Assembly (NCBI GenBank): GCA_951406725.2
Contig: OX597836.1
Location: 28,830,001-28,894,000 of the forward strand
Length of the DNA: 64,000 bases
Origin: Octopus vulgaris
Taxonomy: Eukaryota
Direction: 5' to 3'
Below the pieces are notes generated by a model. That model was not told the origin of the DNA and did no database searches. It was given only the letters and a program-made list of their open reading frames with translations. This document shows positions 14,441 through 28,057 of this stretch, piece after piece; position 1 is the stretch's first letter; each line of letters opens with the position of its first letter. Made by a program: the position numbers and the translations under genes.

Positions 14441-15057
14441 GTAAGCCTTTTTAATATACGCGAGATTTAAACTCCTGGTGAACAGTAAACATATTGATCA
14501 CCTCGCAGTTTTTTCACAGCGCGGGTTAATTGTGAGTTTACTAAATAATTTGCATTTCAAATTATCGACAAATTGCTTTTGCGATGTCATTTCCTTCTGC
14601 TGTTATGTGAGGTAGACTTGTTTTGTCGGTATTTTGTTTTCTTTTCACACTGAGGTTAAATTTTATATTTTCTATCCGAAATTTATTTTACATATCCAAT
14701 TGTTCTTTTAAAGTACTGCGTAGCATGCAATTGAATTTTACGCACTCATATATGCAAACATATCAATACACTCACATACTGCGTATTACAGAAGTCTTAC
14801 TGTATCATGTGTCATGACCACCTCAACGTTTATTTGATTTATTTTTTATGATTGTACTTCCTTTCACTTACTGCAAGCTTTGGACAACAGTGGGCAATTT
14901 ACTACTATATTCTATGTCATACATTGTTAACAATATGGTCGTTCTGAGGAGGATTTACTGGCGTTGATTTTTCTAGATCTATGTAATACTATAGTCAATT
15001 AATTATGGATTGGTTTAGGCGCGTTGGAGTTGCGCATAAAATAATTTAGTCCGGCTT

Positions 15058-15575
15058 TTACATTTCATGTCCTAATACATTTCCTGCTGTAGCTGTGAGT
15101 CCTATCCTGGACAAACACTCCCTCTGGCAGGTGCCGCAAATGTAGCGAAGACTTTTCCTGACTGGTTGTAATGTCATAGTTTCTTGTTGACGTCTTTTCT
15201 TGTCTTTCCACTTCTCCTCTCTCTCTCTGTCACTCCTTTGTGTTCCCTCTTTTACGGTACGTCGACAATATCCACGGTTGCTGGCAACTGCTTCCCAGTT
15301 GTTAATATTGATGTTGCAGGCATTCATGTTCCTTTTGCAAACATCCTTGTATTGTAAGAACGGTCTTCCCACAGACCTAGTGCCCCTAGCAAGCTCTCCG
15401 TAGAGTATGTCCTTGGGGATTCTGCCATCTTCCATACGGCTAACATGTCCAAGCCATCTCATACGTCTTTGTGTGAGGAGTTCAAACATGCTTGGTATTC
15501 CTGCTTGCTTGGGGACATCTTTGTTGGGGACATGATTCTGCCATTTGATGCGAAGGATTTTCCGGAGGCAGCGTA
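15058..15575 (-). mobile_element. RTE (BovB-like) LINE 3' fragment
   Basis: RRMRWLGHVSRMEDGRIPKDILYGELARGTRSVGRP, plus a C-terminal CxxC...SRIGL zinc finger. Confidence 0.9.
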
Positions 15576-15976
15576 ATTAACACATTATTGCATTACATAT
15601 CACTGGCTCATCCGAATCGCGCGTAAGCGAATTATGGATTGTAAATTATGAGCAAGAAATACAAAAAATGGCCATACACATCGTATGGCCCAAAAGACAA
15701 ATTCCGTCGGTTACGACGACGAGTGTTCAAGTTGATCTGATCAATAGAACAAAATTCTCGCGAAATTAACGTTCAAGTGGCTGAGCACTCCACAGACATG
15801 AGTACCCATATCTTCTCAGGAATATTCAGCCTAACACTGAATGTAATAAGACTGGCCCTTTGAATTACATGTATAACTCATTTTTGCCAGCTGAGTGGAC
15901 TGGAGCAACATGAAATAAAGAGTCTTGCTCAAGGACTCAACGCGCCTCCGGGAATTGAACTCACGACCTTACGATC

Positions 15977-16024
<48 letters not shown>

Positions 16025-16068
16025 GCACATACATACATATATACACATATATCCATATATATACATAA

Positions 16069-16100
<32 letters not shown>

Positions 16101-16621
16101 GCATACATACATATATATATATATACACATACATACATACATACACATACACATATATACATACATATACATACATATATGTGTGTGTGCGCGTGTGTGT
16201 GTGTATATGTACACTCATTCATATATTCATATTTACGCATACACGTACAAATTACACGTATAGGCGTATATGCACACATACATAAATACATACAATACAT
16301 ACTTACGTCCATATACACGTACATACACACACATCACATACATATATACATACATACAGACAAACACACACACACAAGTATATATATATATACATACATT
16401 CAGTTAGACAGATAGTGAGACATATATACATACATCAAATGTAGCGAGACTGACCTACTTAAATACTCAAATGTAGCGAGACTGACCTACTTAAAAGAAA
16501 AAATAGTTGCTCATTGCAGTAGCAGAACGTGATGCAAGAGCTCACCTAAACAGGAAGAGCATTGAGAAAAATGGTGGCCTTTACCGGAGCTGTCATTGAT
16601 AAAATATATCCTGCATAGAAA

Positions 16622-16904
16622 TATTTGTTTGGTGCATAATTATTGCGGCTTTTATATTTTATTTTATTTTATTTTCAACAAATTTTATTCTGCAAAAACA
16701 ATAACAATATTTAACAAAAACATCTTTAAATGACGGTCTGACCGTCTGCCAAGCAAATGGGAAGCAGTCATTGATGTAGGTGGTGAATATGCTCCGGAAT
16801 AATCATTTAAAGCTGTTTTTGTTACATGTTGTTATTGTTTTTGTTGAATAAAATTTGTTGAAAAAAAGAAAAAAGCCGCAATAATTATGCACCAACCCGG
16901 TATA
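16622..16904 (+). mobile_element. Mariner-derived MITE
   Basis: TIRs TTGGTGCATAATTATTGCGGCTTTT / AAAAGCCGCAATAATTATGCACCAA; internal DGLTVCQ/RLPSKWEAVIDVGGEY resembles the mariner transposase C-terminus. Confidence 0.75.
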
Positions 16905-17004
16905 TAGCTTCGCTCCTCAGGAGCAGAAAATTGCTAGAAAATAACTGGCATTTCTGTTGGAGTGAAATGGTACACCCCTTCCCACGTGGCAAGGGACGTA
17001 CCAT

Positions 17005-17170
17005 TACTAGCGTAGCTGGGGGGCGGCAGTAGGGGCGGTCCGCCTCGGGTGGCACTGTTAAAGGGGCATCACTTTTGGGTCTGCTGTAGGCAATATATGT
17101 TTTTTGTGGGGTCCGGGGGCGGCAAGCGGAAGGGTCGCCCCGGGTGGCACACACTCTAGCTACGCTAGTG
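17005..17170. mobile_element. hAT-type MITE
   Basis: TIRs TACTAGCGTAGCT / AGCTACGCTAGTG; 8-bp TSD CGTACCAT/TGTACCAT; GC-rich interior. Confidence 0.75.
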
Positions 17171-18265
17171 TGTACCATTTCCCTACAGCAACTTCGTCGG
17201 TTACGACGACGAGTGTTCGAGTTGATCCGACCAACGGAACAGCCTGTTCGTGAAATTAAAGTACAAGTGACCGAGCACCCCACAAACATGCGTCCCCCTT
17301 AACGTAGTACCCAGAGTGAGTCAGCGTTTTACAGAATGTGACAGCGCCGGTCCTTTCAATTACAGGTGCAACTCATTTTTGCTACGTGGAGCAACGTGAA
17401 ATAAAGTGGAAATCGAACTCACATTTGTGAGCCGAAAAGCCTAACCAATAAACCACGGACTTTCTGCTAGAAAATAATCCCTTGATTGATAATTAAGATG
17501 AAAGATAGATAAGAGATTCTCAAAATGCAGTTTATAATGTAAGCTGAAAGAATTAACCAGAACGAGGTGCATCAAAATTTTACTGGCTTGATCACCTTTT
17601 CCCGTGTCGTCTGTAATCGGAGATGGGGAAAAGGAGTTGGTTATTGGTTATTCTTAGAATGGAGAGCTGATCCGAATGTTTGAAACGGAGAGGACTATGT
17701 CCAAAACATTCAACAGCCAGGTGACGGGGCAACTGATGAAGACCACAACCCAACACAGCATCAATCCTTCAGAGGAACTTTCGCAGTTTCCATCAACTAA
17801 ATTCTTCGCTTCTGTGATGGAAGACACAACGCGAAGCTGCTGTAGAAGACTGTTGCTAAAACGCTGTGCACCAGGACCGAACCCTAATCCACGTCGTTGC
17901 AACGCAATCCTCTTTACCTCACAGCCATGTCTATAAAATCTCAGAACATTAAATACACTTAAGCAAACACAACAAGGTGTTCTGTTCTCCGATTTACTTG
18001 ATTCAGGTTTAAACTTCATTTTCCTAATTAAGAAATTAACGAGTAATTTAGAGTAATGATTATTGGAAGAAGGTATAGGTAGGAAGTGCGATCTAGAACT
18101 GCCACATTATAATTTAATTCCATAATGTTATTGTATAACAAATACATACACACACACACGCACAATTAAACATAGATTACGTGTTCCAATGGCGTTTGCA
18201 CACACCTCACCACACACCTCACCACACACACACACAGGCATACAGGCACACACACACACACACAG

Positions 18266-18330
<65 letters not shown>

Positions 18331-19387
18331 ACCATCGCTATATCCGGTCATTACATGCGATTGCTCACATCAAAAATACCTGCTATAAACTTGCTTTATT
18401 TTTTTCTCCCTTGTTATTATTAGCGTCATATAAATATTCTCTCTTCATGCTTTATATATAATCATAGCTCTATAAATTAGCAGTGTACAAATTTAATGTA
18501 TAGTGTTATTTGGTGTGTGAATGAGAGCATGTCTATAAACACACACGCTCACCTACAAAAGTGCGTGTGCATACATATACAGGCTGGACCAAAAGCTATG
18601 CACAAAATAAATGCAACACGTTCCGGAATGTCAGACGCACTTCGATTCTTCTAAGATTGAATACATTTAAATAAAATGATCATGAATACACATGTAGTTG
18701 TAAATGATGAACGAAATGAATAGTTATAATCCTGTCTAACATAGGTACAAGACCTGAAATTTTAGGAGCGGGAATTAGTCGATTACATTGACCCCAGTAT
18801 TTCACTGGTATTTGATTTATCGAACCCGAAAAGATGAAAGGCAAAAATCAACCTCGGCGGAAATTGAACTCAGAACGTAAAGACAGACGAAATACCTATT
18901 TCTTTACTACCCACAAGGGGCTAAACACAGAGAGGACAAACAAGGACAGACAAACGGATTAAGTCGATTACATCGACCCCAGTACGCAACTGGTACTTAA
19001 TTTATCGACCACAAAAGGATGAAAGGATGAAAGGCAAAGCGATTACTGTTTCAATCTCATTCTGAGATTTAATTATGCTTACTGTTCGTTTTTCGACATC
19101 AGTGGCAGACGCCATTAGAAAAACTTATATATGTTTGCAAAGAAGCCTTCACTTTCATCGCGACCTGGTGGTTACCGCCCGTTGACGAGGGACAACAATC
19201 CCGAAACTAGTTCGAGCGTATCACTCAGGCTTGCGAGGAAGGGATGGCCTCCCTTTGCAAATACTCCAAGGACACTGATATTGTGTCTAAAGCCAGCTAG
19301 AGACGAAGATCTCTTGGGGCTATAAAGCTACAGTAACACCCCCTCCCCAATGTGGTTAGCCATGATAAGATGGCTTCTATACTTTAC

Positions 19388-19517
<130 letters not shown>

Positions 19518-19522
19518 TATAC

Positions 19523-19775
<253 letters not shown>

Positions 19776-19799
19776 GACTGCTCCTGCATGACTGCTCTT

Positions 19800-20250
19800 G
19801 CATGACTGAAACGTATGAATGAATAAAAGTATGTGTTAGAAGTACACATCGGATCATTCGTATGAAACGTAGGTAACATTCTGTTGTATCAGCAGATAAA
19901 AAAGATGTCTACTACATGTACCACAAACTTGTGGTTTATGCGGTTCACCTTAATAAGACGCAGATATGGCGACACAGTTGCTAGAAATGAACGCATCGTT
20001 GCTGGTACGCAATGCTTAGACCAACCTAAGTGGTTGTTGGCGGGAAAGACTGTCACCGAGCGGTGGTGGTCTGGTTTGAAGAGAGCAATTAGAACAAGAT
20101 CAATAATATTCAGCAAAGAATTAGCAATAGAAAGCGATAGATTAAAGAAGGTGGATAATGAACAAAGTAGAAGAGACGATCAGAAGAGGCATCGTGACCG
20201 ACGCACTGGTGGTGAAAATTACAAAATTACCCATAATCCCTTTGTGACAG
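19800..20250 (+). mobile_element. Degraded R4/Dong-like RT fragment
   Basis: TNLWFMRF and PKWLLAGKTV resemble the upstream RT motifs (P.WL..GRT) of RLE elements. Confidence 0.4.
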
Positions 20251-20459
20251 GTGTTGAGGTAGTACTGTTAGTTTAAAGAAGTTGAAGGGCTTATATATAA
20301 TGCTGCTTTCGTAGAGAAAGGGGACAGAGTATCATTAGTAATCGCGGGAACACGGTTGCCGGGCATATGGTTGTGTGTATATGTTTGTACATATGTAATC
20401 ACACATATACATATATATATATATATACATACACACGCGCGCGCGCGCACATATACTCT

Positions 20460-20667
20460 TTACTCTCTTTTACTCTTTTACTTGTTTCAGTTATTTGACT
20501 GCGGCCATGCTGGAGCACCGCCTTTTTTTTTAGTCGAGCAAATCGACCCCGGGACTTATTCTTTTGTAAGCCCAGTACTTATTTTATCGGTCTCTTTTTG
20601 CCGAACCGCTAAGTGACGGGGACGTAAACACACCAGCATCGGTTGACAAGCAATGCTAGGTGGACAA

Positions 20668-20704
<37 letters not shown>

Positions 20705-20860
20705 CGACAGGCTTCTTTCAGTTTCCGTCTACCAAATCCACTCACAAGGCATTGGTCGGCCCGGGGCTATAGCATAAGACACTTGCCCAAAGTGCCACGC
20801 AGTGGGACTGAACCCGGAACCATGTGGTTGGTTAGCAAGCTACTTGCCACACAGCCACTC
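20460..20860 (-). mobile_element. SINE family A copy
   Basis: Reverse complement of the family A consensus. Confidence 0.9.
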
Positions 20861-21574
20861 GTATACACACATACACGTGGAGTAAATATACAGAAACATA
20901 CACACACATGTATATATATATCTAGATAGATAGATGGATGGATGCATGGATGCATGGATGGATGGATGCATGGATGGATGGATGGGTGGATGGATGGATG
21001 AATGGATAGATGGATAGATAGATAGATAGATAATGCATATTAATACATGTGCTTGTCACTGCGTTTGTGGGTATGTGTTAATAACTGTTGTTGTTGGGGG
21101 GGGGTGATAACGACGACGATGATGATGATGATGAGAATGATGAGAATGATGACAAGAGACTGGAGAGAATGGGAGAAGGAGCAGAAGAAAGAATGTCTCT
21201 TCTTCTGGGAACTGGAACTAGGAAAAATAAAATAACAGCGCAGCTAAATCCAATGATTACAGACTAAAAAGTAATAAACATAAATCCACTTGACTGAATA
21301 AGAAAAAAAATTGTGAAACAACGTAAAAACCAATTCAATGAAACAGACGACAGTTAAGCAGCAAAAATAAAATGGAGATTTCGCGATAAAGAAAGAAATA
21401 ACAAAATGGCGACCATTTTGTTAAGTAATCTGTAGTTAATTGTCGCGTACTATGTTCTGTTTGTGACTTAAATACTTCACAATAAGGTCGAGAATGTAAC
21501 GTTGGATTTGCCTGAGGGTTTTTTGTATGTGATGCTGTCGCGTTTCACATCAGATGGCGTGATCGTCACTCTGG

Positions 21575-21637
<63 letters not shown>

Positions 21638-22839
21638 CGTGCGTGTGTATGAATGAGTATGTGTGAAGGGGGAGTGATTGTGAAAGCACGTGTATACGTA
21701 GATGTATGAATATGTAAATGTTCATGTGTGTGCATCTGTATGTGTATATGTGTGTGTATTGAGTTGTATTGTTTAATGTGGTTGTAGGTTTTCTTGTCTC
21801 GTTTGTATGACATAAAAGAAGCTTTGTATCTTCGCTTCAGATTATCTGTGGTTTTAAGAAGATCGTGGGAGAACATCAATTTTTTTTCACGACACCTCCG
21901 TTTTGAGAATAGTTTCTACTTCATTATAAAACTGCTTAATATATTTTTATTTCTTTTATTTTTGCGGTATTTGGTTGTTGTTTCTTTTAAATCAAATATA
22001 AAAAAAAAGTAAATCCAGTCACAATAAAATCTTCTTGTAGACACGAGGTGTACCTAGAGACAAGACTAACCTCATAAAGGCTGAAGCAATTGAGGCGATT
22101 AAAGTGCACAAACATGGCAAGACCGCTAGAGAAGATGAAATTTGGCCTCAGATGTTAGAAGTCTTAACAAAGAGAAGGTATTCCCTAGCTGACTTATATA
22201 TGCCAAGTGACTTGGACCTAGCGCTAGGGACTGCAACTAGTAAAAATAAAATAACAGCACGGCTAGCTCCAATAATTACAGTTTAAAGTAATAAACATAA
22301 ATTCACTTTAGTGAATAAGAAAATAAGTTGTGAAACAACGCAAAAACTAATTCAATGAAACAGACGACAGTTAAACAGCAAAAATAAGATAAGCACGTGC
22401 TTAGGGCATCAAGGGAAAGGAAACACAGTAAAAATGGTAAATAGTTTACGGCACATAAGAATTCACTTTAAACTTGATAAAATAATATTCGAAGAGGTTT
22501 ATGCGATCAGAAATGTAATTTCGAAGTGGGGAGGATCTGATCAAAAGATTTGGTAATAAAAAACAAGTAGAAAACTTTTTCAAATATAAATAAAGTGGAA
22601 ATATACAAAAATAAACATTATTTTCCATCTTTCTGTTAGTTTTGTTTCATTTTGAAAAATAAATATATATTTTGTGATTTATTGCTATTATGTATATGGC
22701 GGGGGTGGGGCACCAAAATCTTTTAATCACTTAAAGCCTCTATAGGTCTCAATCCAGCCCTGCTCAGACCTCTGGAAAGACACCAAAACAATCCGAAGTG
22801 TTAATTTTTCAATAACAATCACATTGTAACAGTGAAGAT

Positions 22840-23026
22840 TAACATTTACATTATTTACATTTGACGGATATTTGTCCTCATCTTGTTTGTTGTTAACACA
22901 ACGTTTTGGCTGATATACCCTCCAGCCTTCATCAGGTGTCTTGGGGAAATTTCGAACCTGGGTTCTCATTCCTAAGGTATTTTTCGATGTTGTTGTTGTT
23001 GTTGTTATTATTATTATTATTATTAA

Positions 23027-23067
<41 letters not shown>

Positions 23068-23143
23068 CCACGGGCATATGTCGTAGTGGTTAAGAGCGCG
23101 GGCTACTAACCCCAAGATTCCGAGTTCGATTCCAGGCAGTGAT

Positions 23144-23178
<35 letters not shown>

Positions 23179-23304
23179 CAACAACAACAACAACATCGAA
23201 AAAATACCTTAGGAATGAGAACCCAGGTTCGAAATTTCTCCCAGACACCTGATGAAGGCTGGAGGGTATATCAGCCGAAACGTTGTGTTAACAACAAACA
23301 AGAT
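22840..23304 (+). mobile_element. tRNA-headed SINE-like element with hammerhead tail (23072-23304, +), preceded by an inverted 5'-truncated copy (~22840-23071, -)
   Basis: A box TCGTAGTGGTTAAG, anticodon-like arm, B box GAGTTCGATTCC, then (AAT)n(AAC)n and a unique tail. The left arm is the reverse complement of the right-hand tail. Confidence 0.65.
23244..23289 (+). ncRNA. Minimal (PLE-type) type I hammerhead ribozyme motif
   Basis: GACAC-CUGAUGA-A-GGCUG...CAGCC-GAAA-CG-UU|GUGUU. Stems I and II pair; stem III is the palindrome AACGUU, typical of dimer-acting minimal hammerheads. Confidence 0.7.
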
Positions 23305-23339
23305 TTACAAGATTTACAAATTTTATTACTAGCTGCTGT

Positions 23340-24120
23340 TATTTTACTATCCTTGGGGTCTCTCCTCTACTTCATGAATTCTGTTATTCGTGTCACCACA
23401 AACTCGTCTGAGTGACTTCTGGAGGGGAGTCGTAAGAGGTTGGTTAATTCGTATCGAACCATACTCTCCCCACACCATCTGTACTTGTCTTTTGGTGGCC
23501 CTGTGGCTTTTGTCAAAGAGTTTCTTTTTGTTACCAACTCCAAGATGGGGATGAATCTGTAGGTCAATGATGGTCGATATGACCTGCAATCAGCCCTTGT
23601 CTGCTGCATGTAGGATGCTGTACGCATCTTCGAACTGCTGCCACTCTCTCTTGGTGTTTACTGGAGATAATTTCAACTGAGGACCTACTTACTTTGTATG
23701 GAACTGGGGTACAGACACACAGAGAAGGTTGGCACTGTTGGGTGAGTCCTAACACCACTCCTTCTGCGTCTCACTTGGATGTATTCTTGTACGTTGCATA
23801 TGTTTCTCCTTGTCTATACATCTCATTCTGGTCGGATGGATTTTAAGGCCTCGCAGATTCTTGCACTCCCTTGCTGAAGAGAAACCTTGTATTAATCGTC
23901 CTCTTGCTTACCATACGTTGACGAGAGGCAAAAACCTTGAAACTATAGTCCGTATGTATCACTTAGGTTTTCGAGGGAGGATGACCTCCCTTTGCAAATA
24001 TCATAAGAGCACAGAAATTGTGTCTAAGGCCAGCTGGAGACGTCGATCACCTGGGGCTAAAAGCGTCAGTAACACCCACCCCCAGTGGCTAGCCACATTC
24101 AGATGGCTAGTACACTTTAC
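23340..24120 (-). mobile_element. 5' region (UTR plus degraded N-terminus) of an R4/Dong-like non-LTR element; related UTR copies at ~19130-19385 (-) and ~48360-48545 (+)
   Basis: Block GGCTA.CC...GGGTG...TAGCCCCAGG...CTCCAGCTGGC..TAGACAC...GGGA.GTCATCCT.CC is shared by three copies; only disrupted ORFs follow. Confidence 0.45.
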
Positions 24121-24605
24121 GTTGTCCAGTATGATTTTGTTTTGAGTGAAAGCGAGAGATGCAGTGTTTGTGAGTGATTGTGTTTGTGTGTGAGGTGTAG
24201 AACTAGGACAGTCAGCCTTCAAAAACGCGGTCTTCGTGCAACTATCATAAGACCTTTTCTGTCGTCCGTCATACAAAAAGATCAAGTTACAACTACCGGA
24301 AGACGGGGAGGAGGAGGAAGGGGAGGAGGAGGAGAAGGAGGAGAGCGCAAGGTGAGAGAGAATTCATGTGTCGATGAATGTGTGGTGGCAACGACAAAGA
24401 AGTCAGCCGTAAATGCAGTCGCTAAATCAGAGTGTACATTAAGCTCTAACATACAAAAATGTGTGTGTGTGTGGGTGGGTGTGGGTGTGGGGGTGGGGGT
24501 GGGGGTGGGGGTATTTGGATAAGCTTGCATGCGAGTAAATGTTTGTCTTCTTGCCTGTCTGATTGTCTATAAATAATATATATATATACATATATATACA
24601 TATAC

Positions 24606-24670
<65 letters not shown>

Positions 24671-24807
24671 CATACATATATATATTTACATATATATACA
24701 CACACACTCATATATATACACATATATATATATGTATATATATACATATACATATATATACATACATATATATACATATATATACACATATATATAAATA
24801 TATATAT

Positions 24808-24847
<40 letters not shown>

Positions 24848-25005
24848 ACATATATATATATATACACATATATATACATATATATACATACATATATACA
24901 TATACATATATATACATACATATATATACATATATATACATACATATATACATATACATATATATACATACATATATATACATATATATACAGATATATA
25001 TAAAC

Positions 25006-25070
<65 letters not shown>

Positions 25071-25209
25071 AGTTGTGATGTGTGTATGCATATGTGTATG
25101 TACATATATGTATGTACATGTATGTAGTGTTTCCATCTTAAAATGAGCGTCAGCCTAATACGTTCACTGCGCGCGCCCTTTTGACTTATTTTTGCTTTTA
25201 TTTTTGATT

Positions 25210-25257
<48 letters not shown>

Positions 25258-25309
25258 TATACATATATATACACACACACATATATATACATAAATATAT
25301 ATGTACATA

Positions 25310-25364
<55 letters not shown>

Positions 25365-25747
25365 TAGATAAGGGATCGAGAGAAAGAGAGTTCCTAAGTT
25401 TCCTGTCTAATCCCTGCCCATTACACCGACCGGAAACACAACTATAACAACCCATTACGAAACACCTCGGCTTGACCTGGCTGGTTTATATTTGGGAGAT
25501 AGCGATATAGAGCGAAGTGGGGAGGAGGAGGAGGAGGAGGAGGAGGAGGTGGAGTGGGGGGGTCGGGATGAGGACAGGAAGAGAACAATGACCAAGAGAG
25601 AAAGAGAGAGAGGTGTACAGAAGGAATGTTCGAAGCGCTATCAAATTGTAAACTTACCTGCTATGAGCAATATCGTACGTATGTAGGTATGCACATACTT
25701 ATGCGCATACAAACACACCCTTTCTGACTTTCTTGTAATTACACACA

Positions 25748-25812
<65 letters not shown>

Positions 25813-26179
25813 TCACACACACACACATTCGCACACACACAATTATTATCATTATCATAATCATAATCATCATCATCATCGTCGTCGTTGTCAATATCTA
25901 ACGCCCGTCTTCCATGGTAGCATAGGTTTGGTGGTTTGACAGGAACTGGCCAACGAGCCGAAGAGCGGCAACAGGGTCCAGTTGTCTATTTTAGCATGGG
26001 TTTTATGGCTGGATGCCCTTCCTAACACCAACCACTTTAAAGAATGTACTGGATGCTTTTTTTTTTATGTCACACCAGCATGTAACAGAGAAATAGCTTA
26101 TTGCGCATAAAGGCATAAATATCAGCCGACCATGTTTATATTTACTTATACACATGCGTGTGTAGGCGCTTAAGTATGA

Positions 26180-26256
<77 letters not shown>

Positions 26257-26330
26257 GACGCCATGATAGATCGTTAGCTCCTACACGCACTTTTTTCTCT
26301 CCTTGTTTCTCTCCTTGTTTTTTCTGTGTA

Positions 26331-26368
26331 TCTTTCTGTCGAAGAGCGTAGGCTCGAAACGTAAAAGA
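26331..26368 (+). ncRNA. Minimal hammerhead-like motif (core variant CUGUCGA)
   Basis: UCUUU-CUGUCGA-A-GAGC gtag GCUC-GAAA-CG-UA|AAAGA, within a repeat at ~26255-26465. Confidence 0.5.
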
Positions 26369-26475
26369 CTTTTTCTATTTCTATTCCTGAGCGCTATACT
26401 AATACATTTGTTTGTTTGTACTCCACCTGCCTTCGTCTTTTGTTTATTTTCGTAAACTTTCCCGTTATATATAAA

Positions 26476-27023
<548 letters not shown>

Positions 27024-27194
27024 ATGTATATATATATATATATAAATTGAGGAAAGAAAACTCCGAATGACCCGTCCTTATTTTCTTTATATCGTCTGTC
27101 TGTATATTTTATTGTCTCTTTTTTTTGTATCACCTAACTGTCTGGATGTTTTGCGTTCTTGCCCCATTTTGTATTTTTTATATATAAAAAAATA

Positions 27195-27640
27195 TAGCGG
27201 GGTGGAGTTACATAAGTTTTATCAGGAGACTTCAGACAGACATTACCAGTCATTCCGTGATGAACAAGATCTGATGAAATAAAAGTATGCATTAAGTCTC
27301 CACACCTATGCAATAAAGTATATAAATTCTCCTTCAATACTAACGTGTGAGCTTTATTACAAGGGACCAATGTGCAGAACAGTTTTCAACTTGGCTCCTC
27401 CAATTAGGAAATGGGAAAGTACCATTTGCTGGGAATGATGATATCAGTTTGGCTCATATTGCTATCATGGTCAATGCCCCAGCTGAATTGAAGAACAGGG
27501 TGTTTCCAGACTTGAGTAATAATTATAATTCATATAAATGGTTGAGTGAAAGGGCAATTCTTACTCCGGAAAATGAGACAGTAGCAAGGATTAACGATGA
27601 ATTAATTCAGTCATTAAGGAGTACAGATTAGTTGATTCAG
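27195..27640 (+). mobile_element. Helitron PIF1-like helicase fragment (disrupted)
   Basis: LSGDFRQTLPVIP...DEIKVCIKS, then FSTWLLQLGNG...VFPDLSNNY..KWLSERAILTPENETVARIN. Confidence 0.9.
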
Positions 27641-28057
27641 TCCTAAATTGAATTCAATCTAAAACATTCCTTTAGTTGACTAATAATGACGTCACTGGAT
27701 AACGAAAATGTTTTATAAAAATAAAATAAAATATAAACATATTCAACAAAATTCGTTCAACTATTGGTGACGTCAGTGGATGATGAAATATATATATAAA
27801 AAATAAACAAGAATTCTACATTATGACTATGAGAAATCTACATAGAAATATAATCTAAAACAGATTATTTTTGTATACAACTATTGGTGACGTCACTGGA
27901 TAACTAATGAATAAAAAGTAAAGATAAGAATTAACGTTATCATTAATAGAAACTTAGATACTTTACGTCACGACAATTAGTTATCTATTTGCTCATAATA
28001 TTAAACCTTTTATAAGATTTAACCTTATTATACAGTATTTTAAAAAATTATCATAAT

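Noticed and set aside
23072-23140. Functional tRNA gene
   Set aside because: Acceptor stem does not pair properly and there is no T-run terminator; better explained as a SINE head. The same applies to the heads at 47686 and 46526.
27347-27631. Host PIF1 helicase gene
   Set aside because: Intronless fragment with stops and frameshifts upstream, next to Helitron termini; a transposon relic.
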